Source: an uncultured Elusimicrobiaceae bacterium (GTDB lineage Bacteria; Elusimicrobiota; Elusimicrobia; Elusimicrobiales; UBA9959). Taken from it: a stretch of 40,083 nt of DNA. A model generated the notes under the pieces. The model saw nothing but the letters and a program-made list of their open reading frames with translations, was not told where the DNA came from and made no database searches. The translations under genes and the position numbers were made by a program. The stretch is taken from positions 1 to 40,083 of the forward strand of contig CAYSYJ010000001.1 of NCBI GenBank assembly GCA_964435105.1, in the 5' to 3' direction. Below are positions 9,127 to 16,844 of this stretch, one piece after another (position 1 is the first letter of the stretch; every line of letters starts with the position of its first letter).

Positions 9127-10395
9127 ATGTTAAGGAAAGCAGCCGCAGCGTTCGCGATTCTGTCCGTTACCGCAACCCTGGTGTCCGCCGAAATAAGCTT
9201 CGACACCCCCAACAAGTCCACCCTGCAGCAGGAGATAGCCGCCCTGGACATCAATGTCCCGGCCGTTCCTGTCATAGAAGAGGGGAACAAGGCCGCCGCC
9301 AAAGAGTGGACCATCATGGTCTTCCTCAACTCCAAGAACAACCTGGAGCGCTACGGCCTCCTGGACCTCAATGAGATGGAGAAGGTCGGCTCCTCCGATA
9401 AGGTGAACATAGTAGTGGAGATGGGCCGCATCAACGGCTACGCCACCAATGACGGCGACTGGAAGACCACCCGCCGCTTCCTGGTGCAGAAGGACAATGA
9501 CTTCTCCAAGGTGACCTCCCCCGTGCTCGCCGACCTCGGCAAGACCGACATGGGCGACTATAAGAGCCTGATCGCCTTCGTCAAGTGGGCCAAGGCGACC
9601 TACCCGGCCAAGAAGTACGCGCTGATCGTGTGGAACCACGGCTCCGGCTGGGACAAGGGCCGCGCCCTCGAGACCAAGGGCATCTCCTACGACGACGAGA
9701 CCGGCAACCACATCACCACCCCCCAGCTGGGCCTGGCCCTCAAGGAAATGGGCGGCGTGAACGTGTACGGCTCCGACGCCTGCCTGATGCAGATGCCTGA
9801 AGTCACCTACGAGATCAAGGACTATACCGAGTACATCGTGGGTTCCGAAGAGACCGAACCCGGCGACGGCTACACCTACGACCTGTGGCTCGGCCCCGTG
9901 GTCGCCAAGGGCAACATGAGCTCCTACGAGATGGGCAAGGCCGCCGTGGACGGTTACAGCAACCACTACCAGCAGATCGGCCAGGCCTCCACCCAGAGCC
10001 TGCTGAAGAGCTCCGCGCTGCGGGACTTCACGGTGCTGGTCAACGACTTTGTGACCTCCGCCATGGACACCGGCGAGAAGCAGCTGGTGAAGACCGCCGC
10101 TTCCGGCGCCCAGAGCTACGCCGTCTACGACAATAAGGACATGGGCCACTTCTTCGACCGCTACGCGGCTACCACCGCCAACGCGGACGTCAAGATGAAG
10201 GCCCTGGCCCTCAAGAGCTATATCGACGGCTCCCTGATCGTCCATAACCGCGTGAACGGCAACTTCGCCAACGGCAACAGCCACGGCATAGCGGCCTACA
10301 TGCCCGGTTATTCCTTCAACTCCGACTATATGGACCTCGCCTGGGCGCGGGACTCCCAGTGGGACGAGTTCGTGAAGTGGTACCAGGCCAAGTAA
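9127..10395 (+). CDS. secreted clostripain-like cysteine peptidase (MEROPS C11), paralog 1
   Basis: Start moved to ATG 9127 because of SD GGGAGGAG at 9117-9124. Signal peptide is MLRKAAAAFAILSVTATLVSA. The catalytic His block is LIVWNHGSGW and the Cys block is YGSDACLMQM. IVGSEETEPGDGYTY is also conserved. Confidence 0.85.
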   Translation: MLRKAAAAFAILSVTATLVSAEISFDTPNKSTLQQEIAALDINVPAVPVIEEGNKAAAKEWTIMVFLNSKNNLERYGLLDLNEMEKVGSSDKVNIVVEMGRINGYATNDGDWKTTRRFLVQKDNDFSKVTSPVLADLGKTDMGDYKSLIAFVKWAKATYPAKKYALIVWNHGSGWDKGRALETKGISYDDETGNHITTPQLGLALKEMGGVNVYGSDACLMQMPEVTYEIKDYTEYIVGSEETEPGDGYTYDLWLGPVVAKGNMSSYEMGKAAVDGYSNHYQQIGQASTQSLLKSSALRDFTVLVNDFVTSAMDTGEKQLVKTAASGAQSYAVYDNKDMGHFFDRYAATTANADVKMKALALKSYIDGSLIVHNRVNGNFANGNSHGIAAYMPGYSFNSDYMDLAWARDSQWDEFVKWYQAK

Positions 10396-10413
10396 TATAT
10401 AAAGCCTGAAAGG

Positions 10414-10447
10414 GAAGGGCCGGCTTAACCGCCGGCCCTTCTTTTTT
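10414..10447 (+). terminator. intrinsic terminator of peptidase paralog 1
   Basis: GAAGGGCCGGC-ttaacc-GCCGGCCCTTC followed by TTTTTT. Confidence 0.8.
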
Positions 10448-10471
10448 AAAGGGGACGAGGGGGACGACGAG

Positions 10472-10563
10472 GGGGACGTTGGTTAGTTGGTTAGTATTTT
10501 GGCTATGCCGACCGGTAAACCTGAACGCCAAGCGCAAATACTAACCAACTAACCAACGTCCCC
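10472..10563. repeat. long perfect hairpin B (28-bp arms, 36-nt loop)
   Basis: GGGGACGTTGGTTAGTTGGTTAGTATTT (10472-10499) is the exact reverse complement of 10536-10563. G-runs flank the left side and C-runs the right. Confidence 0.9.
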
Positions 10564-10622
10564 TATCCCCCCCTATCCCCCCTGTTCCCTTTGGGCCCAG
10601 GCGGCTCTGGGCCCAGCGCCCC

Positions 10623-10651
10623 TTGTGACAGGGGCGGGGTTCTCCTAGACT
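10623..10651 (+). promoter_or_regulatory. putative promoter of peptidase paralog 2
   Basis: TTGTGA (10623-10628), 17-nt spacer, TAGACT (10646-10651). The block AGACTATAGGCA resembles AAACTATATAGGCA upstream of paralog 1. Confidence 0.35.
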
Positions 10652-10690
10652 ATAGGCATGAGCATCAAGCGCAGCCTTACGGAGGACTCC

Positions 10691-12013
10691 ATGATACGCA
10701 AGCTCTCGCTGTCGGCCGTAGCGGTTTCCATGTTCGCCTCGCTGGTCTCTGCCGAGATCGGCTTCGACGGCGCCACCCGGGCGACCCTCTCGGACGAACT
10801 CTCCAATATCCAGGTAGCCGCCGCCGGCGCCCCCGAGGCCGCGCAGGACAAGGGCATTATCGATTGGCTGCTGGGCAAGAAGCAGCCCGCCGAGTGGACC
10901 ATCATGGTCTTCTCCAGCGCCAAGAACGACCTGGAGTCCTTCCTGCTCAAGGACCTCAACGAGATGGAGATGATAGGCTCCTCCGACAAGGTCAATATCG
11001 TGGCCGAAGTCGGCCGCATCGAGGGTTACGATTCCTCTGACGGCGACTGGAAGGGCGTGCGCCGCTACCTCATCACCAAGGACAACGACACTTCCAAGAT
11101 GGGCTCCAAGATGCTGCAGGACCTGGGCATGAAGGACATGGGCGACTACCGCTCCCTGGTGGACTTCGGCAAGTGGGCCAAGGAGAAGTTCCCGGCCAAG
11201 CGCTATATGCTGATAGTTTCCAACCACGGCTCCGGCTGGGAGAAAGGCGTGGAGCGCCCCATCATCACCAAGGGCATCTCCTATGACGAGCAGAGCGGCA
11301 ACCACATCAATACCCCTCAGCTGGGCCAGGCCCTGCGCCAGATCGGCAAGCTGGACGTGTTCAGCACCGACGCCTGCCTGATGCAGATGGCCGAGGTCGT
11401 CTACGAGATCAAGGATTCCGTGGATTACATAGTGGGTTCCGAGGAGACCGAGCCCGGCGACGGCTATACTTATAACACCTTCCTCGGCCCCGTGGTCGCC
11501 CGCCCCACCATGACCCCCAGGGAAGTGGGCAAGCAGACCGTGGACGCCTATAGCGACCATTATGACAGCATCCGCCAGGGCTATACCCAGGCCCTCGCCC
11601 GCGGCGGCGCGGCCGTGACCAACCTGCTGCCCGTGACCAACGCCTTCACCGACGCCGTGATGGCCGCCGGCGAGAAGGAGCTGGCCAAGAGCGCCCGCGA
11701 CGCGGCCCTCTCTTTCGCGATAGAAGAGAACAAGGACCTGTACGACTTCACCCGCCGCGTGGTGGAAGGTTCCCAGAACGCCGACGTGAAGGCCAAGGGC
11801 CAGGCCCTGATGAACTACATAACCGGCACCCTGGTGCTGCACAACCGCACCCGCGATTCCCAGGGCGGCTACTGGAGCGGCCCCGTGCAGTACACCCTGG
11901 CCAAGGGCATGGCGGCCTACTTCCCCAACGCCTCGCTGGGCGCCGGCTACACCGACCTGGCCTGGGCCAAGGCCTCCAAGTGGGACGAGTTCGTGGTGTG
12001 GCTCAACAACTAA
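10691..12013 (+). CDS. secreted clostripain-like cysteine peptidase (C11), paralog 2
   Basis: Start moved to ATG 10691 because of SD GGAGGA at 10681-10686. Signal peptide is MIRKLSLSAVAVSMFASLVSA. The catalytic blocks are LIVSNHGSGW and FSTDACLMQM; IVGSEETEPGDGYTY is also conserved. Confidence 0.85.
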   Translation: MIRKLSLSAVAVSMFASLVSAEIGFDGATRATLSDELSNIQVAAAGAPEAAQDKGIIDWLLGKKQPAEWTIMVFSSAKNDLESFLLKDLNEMEMIGSSDKVNIVAEVGRIEGYDSSDGDWKGVRRYLITKDNDTSKMGSKMLQDLGMKDMGDYRSLVDFGKWAKEKFPAKRYMLIVSNHGSGWEKGVERPIITKGISYDEQSGNHINTPQLGQALRQIGKLDVFSTDACLMQMAEVVYEIKDSVDYIVGSEETEPGDGYTYNTFLGPVVARPTMTPREVGKQTVDAYSDHYDSIRQGYTQALARGGAAVTNLLPVTNAFTDAVMAAGEKELAKSARDAALSFAIEENKDLYDFTRRVVEGSQNADVKAKGQALMNYITGTLVLHNRTRDSQGGYWSGPVQYTLAKGMAAYFPNASLGAGYTDLAWAKASKWDEFVVWLNN

Positions 12014-12030
12014 AAGATCGGGCTTAAGAA

Positions 12031-12067
12031 AGAAGGGCCGGCTTAACAGCCGGCCTTTCTTATTTTT
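12031..12067 (+). terminator. intrinsic terminator of peptidase paralog 2
   Basis: AGAAGGGCCGGC-ttaaca-GCCGGCCTTTCT followed by TATTTTT. It is clearly paralogous to the terminator at 10414-10447. Confidence 0.75.
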
Positions 12068-12074
12068 GTAAGAT

Positions 12075-13106
12075 TTGGCTATGAAAGTCCTGTTGCTGGG
12101 CGGAGGCGGGCTGTTGAGCGGGGCTGCGCGGGAGGCTTTTCTCGCGGCCGGCCACGATGTGACCGTGCTGACGCGCGGGGCGAGGGAGCTGCCGTCTGCG
12201 GACCGGCTGAGCGCGCTGCGGGCCGACCGCCGCGACCCGGCGGCGCTGGCCCGGGCGCTTTCCGGCAAGCGTTTCGATTTTACCGCCGATTTCCTGGCCT
12301 ACAACGGCGAAGACGTGGCGGGGCTTTTCGCCGCCCCGGGCTTCTCGCCCGGCCGCCTGGCCATGATCTCCACCGGCCAGGTCTACCTGGTGACCAGGGG
12401 GCAGAAGCCGCCTTTCAAGGAGGGCGACGCGGACGCGCCTGTCATACCCGAGCCGGCCCGGGGCACGCGGGACTGGGACAACTGGGCTTACGGCATGGGC
12501 AAGCGCGCGGCGGAGGCCGGGCTGCTGCGGCTGGCGGGGGAGAGGGGCGTAAAAGTTCTGGCCCTGCGGCTGCCGGTAGTGCAGGGCGAGGCCGACGGGC
12601 TGGCCTCGCGCCGGCTCTGGGCCTGGCTGCAGCGCATGCAAGACGGCGGGCCGGTGCTGCTGCCCGACGGCGGGTCGCAGCCGGTGCGCTTCGTCTACGC
12701 CGGGGACGCCGCCGCCGCGCTGCTGCGGCTGGCCGCGGGCGAGGGCTGGCCGGCGGGCCCCGCGCTGAACCTGGCCCAGCCGGGCGAGACTACCCTTAAG
12801 GAATTTTTGGAAATGGCCGCCGCCTGCGCCGGCCTCAAGCCCGGTTTCGTGCCCGTCGCGGGCGCCGAGCTGGAGCGGGCCGGGCTGGCCGACACTTGCG
12901 CCCCGTACTGGAGCCGCTGGTGCTCGCGGCTGGACCCGTCGGCGGCCTTCGCCCTGGGGTTTAAGACGCGCGGCCCGGAGGAATACCTGCCCGGCGTGGT
13001 GCGCGCCCACCTGGCCGGCCCGCCTCCCGCCCCGCACGAGGGTTACGCCCGCCGGGCCGGGGAATTGGCCCTCGCGGCGAGGCTGCGCGCCGGCGGTTCC
13101 GCTTAA
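12075..13106 (+). CDS. NAD-dependent epimerase/dehydratase (SDR) family protein
   Basis: 343 aa with N-terminal Rossmann motif MKVLLLGGGGLLSGAAREAFLAAGHDVTVLTRG. Confidence 0.75.
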   Translation: MAMKVLLLGGGGLLSGAAREAFLAAGHDVTVLTRGARELPSADRLSALRADRRDPAALARALSGKRFDFTADFLAYNGEDVAGLFAAPGFSPGRLAMISTGQVYLVTRGQKPPFKEGDADAPVIPEPARGTRDWDNWAYGMGKRAAEAGLLRLAGERGVKVLALRLPVVQGEADGLASRRLWAWLQRMQDGGPVLLPDGGSQPVRFVYAGDAAAALLRLAAGEGWPAGPALNLAQPGETTLKEFLEMAAACAGLKPGFVPVAGAELERAGLADTCAPYWSRWCSRLDPSAAFALGFKTRGPEEYLPGVVRAHLAGPPPAPHEGYARRAGELALAARLRAGGSA

Positions 13107-13122
13107 ACGGCCGTGTAATCCC

Positions 13123-15147
13123 CTATTCGCCGCGCCAGCGCAGTGTGCCGAAGAGATCGCTGAAATCGTCGGTCCAGGGGCGGCGCCCCGGCGGCGCCGG
13201 TATGGCCTGCGCCCGGCCCTTGAAGTCCGCGGCCGCGTAGAGGCCCGGCCTGCCGCCCACCAGCACCCAGGTGGCGCTGCTCGAGGCGTCCTCGGCCCGC
13301 TCGCCGCTGGAGATGGCAAAGGCCTTTTTGCCGGCCGCGTCGGCGGCCAGCCGCACCACGGGCTCCAGGTCCAGGTAGATGCTCGAGACGTGCACCGCCA
13401 GCACCCCGTCCGGCTTGAGATGCCGGAAATAAAGCTCGAAAGCTTCCTTCGTCAGCAAATGCACCGGTATGGAGTCGCCGGAGAAGGCGTCCACCGCCAG
13501 CAGGTCGAAATTCTGCGGCGGTTCGCGCTGCAGGGCCAGGCGGGCGTCGCCGTGCTCGGCTATCTCGACGCTCGCCGGCGTATCTCCCAGGAAGCTGAAC
13601 ATGCGCTCGGCCGTATCGGTGACCAGCGGGTTGATCTCGTAGAAGCGGAAAGCGTCGCCCGGCCGGCCATAGGCGGCCGCGGTGCCGGCGCCCAGGCCTA
13701 TCACGCCCACGCGCAGCGGGCCGCGCGCGCCCTCGGCCCGCAGGGCCAGGCCCAGGCCGCTCTCCCTGCCGTAATAGGTGGTGGGCACGCCGCGCTTCTC
13801 CGGTTTCTGGAACTGGGCCCCGTGCAGCACCGCCCCGTTGGTGAGGTAGCGCACGGCCTCCGGCCCGTCGGAGCCCTCCTGCGTCACCAGCAGGGTGCCG
13901 TAGAAATTTCGCTCGGCGCTGAGCAGGCGGCCGTCCACCTTGCGGGCCTCGTCCCAAAGTGAGACCGGCAGGCCGCAGAACAGTATCCCCAGCAGTATCC
14001 AGGCCGGCGAGGGCCGCGCCTCCTCGTCCCGGTAGAAAGCCCACCAGGTGAGCAGCACGAAAGCGCTTACCCCGATAGGCAGCTCGTAATAACCGTTAAA
14101 AAGCCGCGGGGCGAGCAGCCCCACGAACAGCCCGCCAGCCGCCCCGCCCAGCGACAGCGCCAGGTAGAACCAGGTCAGCCGCGATTCGTGGGGGCGCCGG
14201 CGGGCCAGTTCCCCGTGGCAGGTCAGGCAGGCGGTGAAAAGGCCGCCCAGCAGGAGCGGCAGCAGGTAGTTCAGGTCCATGTCGCCCATGTCCCTGTAAA
14301 GCGGCAGGGCCAGCGCCGCTGCGGCCAGCACCGGGAAGGGCAGGAAGGCGCGGCTCCAGGTCCAGCGCGCCGGGGCGAACACGAAAATGAAGCTGAGCAG
14401 GTACAGCGTAAGCGGCGCCAGCCACAGGAAAGGCACCGGGGCCACGCTCTGGGTGAGGTGGTTGGTCACGGCCAGCAGCAGCAGCGAGGGGCAGGCCGCG
14501 AGCAGCAGCCACAGGAGCAGCTGCCCGGGCCTCGGCGCCGGGCCCGCCGCGCCGGCGGCCGCCTGCGGGCGCCAGCCGGCCGCCTCACCGGCGGCCCTGG
14601 CGCAGAAAACGGCGAAGACCGCGTAGCCGGCGGCCCAGAGGCCTAGCTGCCACTTGAGCGGCAGCCAGGGCTCCACCAGCACCGGGTAGGCCAGCAGGGC
14701 CAGCAGCGAGCCGGCATTGGAGAGGGCGTAGAGGCGGTAGGGGGAAACGCTTCCGCCTTTGCGGGCCAGCCAGGCCTGAAGCAGGGGTCCCGTGGAGGAC
14801 AGCGTGAAATAGGGCAGGCCGGTCATCAGGAGCAGCAGGCCCAGCAGCGCCAAGGAGGGATCGGCCCCGCCCGGTCCGCGCGCGCGCAGCAACAGGAGCG
14901 GCAGGGCGGCCAGGCCGGCCAGCAGCAGCCGCCGGTGCAGGCGGGCCTGCGCCTCGGGCGCCGCCCGCACCGCCAGCAGGTGGGCGTAGAGGTAGCCCAG
15001 GAACAGCAGCGCCTGGAAGAAGACCATGCAGACCGCCCACACCGCCGCACCGCCCCCGAAAGAGGGCAGCAGCGCCTTGGCGATCATAGGCTGCAGCAGG
15101 AAAAGCAGCAGCGCGCCAAGGAAGACCGCAGGCGGGAAAGGGTTCAT
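13123..15147 (-). CDS. fused polytopic-membrane / spermidine-synthase-like methyltransferase-fold protein
   Basis: 674 aa. The N-terminal ~400 aa form many hydrophobic helices. The C-terminal part has VGVIGLGAGTAAAYG...FYEINPLV...DLLAVDAFSGDSIPVHLLTKEAF...LKPDGVLAVHVS, typical of spermine/spermidine-synthase-like folds. Confidence 0.75.
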   Translation of the reverse strand: MNPFPPAVFLGALLLFLLQPMIAKALLPSFGGGAAVWAVCMVFFQALLFLGYLYAHLLAVRAAPEAQARLHRRLLLAGLAALPLLLLRARGPGGADPSLALLGLLLLMTGLPYFTLSSTGPLLQAWLARKGGSVSPYRLYALSNAGSLLALLAYPVLVEPWLPLKWQLGLWAAGYAVFAVFCARAAGEAAGWRPQAAAGAAGPAPRPGQLLLWLLLAACPSLLLLAVTNHLTQSVAPVPFLWLAPLTLYLLSFIFVFAPARWTWSRAFLPFPVLAAAALALPLYRDMGDMDLNYLLPLLLGGLFTACLTCHGELARRRPHESRLTWFYLALSLGGAAGGLFVGLLAPRLFNGYYELPIGVSAFVLLTWWAFYRDEEARPSPAWILLGILFCGLPVSLWDEARKVDGRLLSAERNFYGTLLVTQEGSDGPEAVRYLTNGAVLHGAQFQKPEKRGVPTTYYGRESGLGLALRAEGARGPLRVGVIGLGAGTAAAYGRPGDAFRFYEINPLVTDTAERMFSFLGDTPASVEIAEHGDARLALQREPPQNFDLLAVDAFSGDSIPVHLLTKEAFELYFRHLKPDGVLAVHVSSIYLDLEPVVRLAADAAGKKAFAISSGERAEDASSSATWVLVGGRPGLYAAADFKGRAQAIPAPPGRRPWTDDFSDLFGTLRWRGE

Positions 15148-15168
15148 GGGCCTATCATAACAAAATCG

Positions 15169-15262
15169 GGGGTCAGGTCTTTACTTTTGACCTTTTCGGT
15201 CAAAAAAATACGGGTGGTCCCGTCCGGGGCTCCCAAAAGGTCAAAAGTAAAGACCTGACCCC
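15169..15262. repeat. long perfect hairpin C (28-bp arms, 38-nt structured loop)
   Basis: GGGGTCAGGTCTTTACTTTTGACCTTTT (15169-15196) is the exact reverse complement of 15235-15262. The arm sequence is the same as in hairpins D and E. Confidence 0.9.
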
Positions 15263-15351
15263 ATTCCCTTGATTGGAGACGGATAAATATAATAGTCTTG
15301 TGGAAGGTAACCCTATAAGGGGGCTCCCGCCCCCGTTTCTGGAGGCAGTTA

Positions 15352-16626
15352 ATGAAGAAGATAGCGATAGCGGTGTTCGCCCTCGCGTTTTCCGCCCAGG
15401 CCGCGCTGGCCGGCGTGAATTTCGACGGCGGCAGGTTCGACCTGAAGCAGGAAATCACTAACCTCGATATCTCCGTGCCCGCGCCCGCGGCCGCCAAGGC
15501 CCGCCCGGACAAGGAATGGACCGTGATGGTCTTCATCAACGCGAAGAACAACCTTGAGAAATACGGCCTCAAGGACATGAACGAGATGGAGATGATCGGT
15601 TCCGGCGACAAGTACAATGTCGTGGTGGAGCTCGCCCGCATCAACGGCTTCGACACCTCCGACGGCGACTGGAAGACCTCCCGCCGCTACCTCGTGCAGA
15701 AGGACAACGAGCCGGCCAAGGTCACCTCCCCGGTGGTGCAGGAACTGCCCTCCGTGGACATGGGCGACTACAAGCACCTCGTCGACTTCGTGAAGTGGTC
15801 CAAGGCCAATTACCCGGCCCGCAAGTACATGCTGATAGTCTGGAACCACGGCGCCGGCTGGATCAAGACCCCGCTGCGCTCCCCGGTGAAGGGCATCTCC
15901 TACGACGACCAGACCGGCAACCACATCACCACCCCCCAGCTGGGCCAGGCCCTCAAGGAAGCGGGCGGCGTGGACGTGTACGGCTCCGACGCCTGCCTGA
16001 TGCAGATGGCCGAGGTGGTCTACGAGCTCAAAGACCACGCCAAGTACATAGTCGGCTCCGAGGAGACCGAGCCCGGCGACGGCTACACCTATAACACCTT
16101 CCTGGCGCCGCTCGCGGCCAAGCAGGACATGGGCCCGGCCGAGCTGGCCAAGGTCACGGTGGACGCCTACAGCGACCATTACCAGCAGATCGGCGAAGGT
16201 TCCACCCAGAGCTATATCCGCACCTCCGCGCTGGCCTCCTACCTGGACGCCTCCAACGCCTTCGCCTTCGCGATAACGCAGGCCGGAGACAAGGAAGTGG
16301 CCAAGCAGGCCATGAGCCAGGCCCAGAGCTACGCCTACCCGGAGAACAAGGACGTCTACCACTTCGCGCAGCTGGTGGCCGGCGCCACCCAGAACGCCGA
16401 CGTGAAGGCCAAGGCCGAGGCCCTGATGGCGAACATCAAGACCAAGGTGGTGGCCCATAACCGCACCAATAACAGCGAGGGCGGCTGGTGGGGCCCCACG
16501 CTCTACGACGACTCCCACGGCATAGCGGCCTACCTGCCCGGTACCGCCGCCCCGGCGCACTACGCCGACCTGCAGTGGGCGCAGTACTCCAACTGGGACG
16601 AGTTCATCGCCTGGCTGGCGCAGTAA
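15352..16626 (+). CDS. secreted clostripain-like cysteine peptidase (C11), paralog 3
   Basis: 424 aa with SD GGAGG upstream and signal peptide MKKIAIAVFALAFSAQAALA. The catalytic blocks are LIVWNHGAGW and YGSDACLMQM; IVGSEETEPGDGYTY is also conserved. Confidence 0.87.
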   Translation: MKKIAIAVFALAFSAQAALAGVNFDGGRFDLKQEITNLDISVPAPAAAKARPDKEWTVMVFINAKNNLEKYGLKDMNEMEMIGSGDKYNVVVELARINGFDTSDGDWKTSRRYLVQKDNEPAKVTSPVVQELPSVDMGDYKHLVDFVKWSKANYPARKYMLIVWNHGAGWIKTPLRSPVKGISYDDQTGNHITTPQLGQALKEAGGVDVYGSDACLMQMAEVVYELKDHAKYIVGSEETEPGDGYTYNTFLAPLAAKQDMGPAELAKVTVDAYSDHYQQIGEGSTQSYIRTSALASYLDASNAFAFAITQAGDKEVAKQAMSQAQSYAYPENKDVYHFAQLVAGATQNADVKAKAEALMANIKTKVVAHNRTNNSEGGWWGPTLYDDSHGIAAYLPGTAAPAHYADLQWAQYSNWDEFIAWLAQ

Positions 16627-16635
16627 CGGGGGAAT

Positions 16636-16710
16636 GGGGTCAGGTCTTTACTTTTGACCTTTTACCCCTCGCAGCATATCTCGAAAGGTCAAAAGTAAAG
16701 ACCTGACCCC
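16636..16710. repeat. long perfect hairpin D (27-bp arms, 21-nt loop)
   Basis: GGGGTCAGGTCTTTACTTTTGACCTTT (16636-16662) is the reverse complement of 16684-16710. It is part of the 16627-16800 duplicated module. Confidence 0.9.
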
Positions 16711-16723
16711 TTAAAATAAAAGA

Positions 16724-16759
16724 AACCGGCCGGGGAGCGATCCCCGGCCGGTTCTTTTT
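16724..16759. terminator. bidirectional intrinsic terminator
   Basis: AACCGGCCGGGGA-gcga-TCCCCGGCCGGTT followed by CTTTTT, with AAAATAAAAGA on the other side. It lies between convergent genes. Confidence 0.8.
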
Positions 16760-16844
16760 GGCCTCTGCGGGAGGGGCTTAAACCCTTTCCTTGGCGGCCG
16801 GGTCCTCGACCTTGGCCTTCTTGGCGGCCGGCACGGCGGCGGGT

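Noticed and set aside
9115-10690. Upstream start codons given by the ORF track for peptidase 1 (9115) and peptidase 2 (10658).
   Set aside because: Downstream ATGs at 9127 and 10691 are each preceded by a good SD at proper spacing. They yield canonical signal peptides that align with paralog 3. The longer N-termini add non-hydrophobic residues with no SD.
16778-16843. The short frame ending AAKERV-stop as a real small gene.
   Set aside because: It is not part of an ORF of 60 aa or more and has no start context. It is best explained as the decayed tail of a duplicated membrane-protein gene 3' end, reported as a finding rather than a feature.
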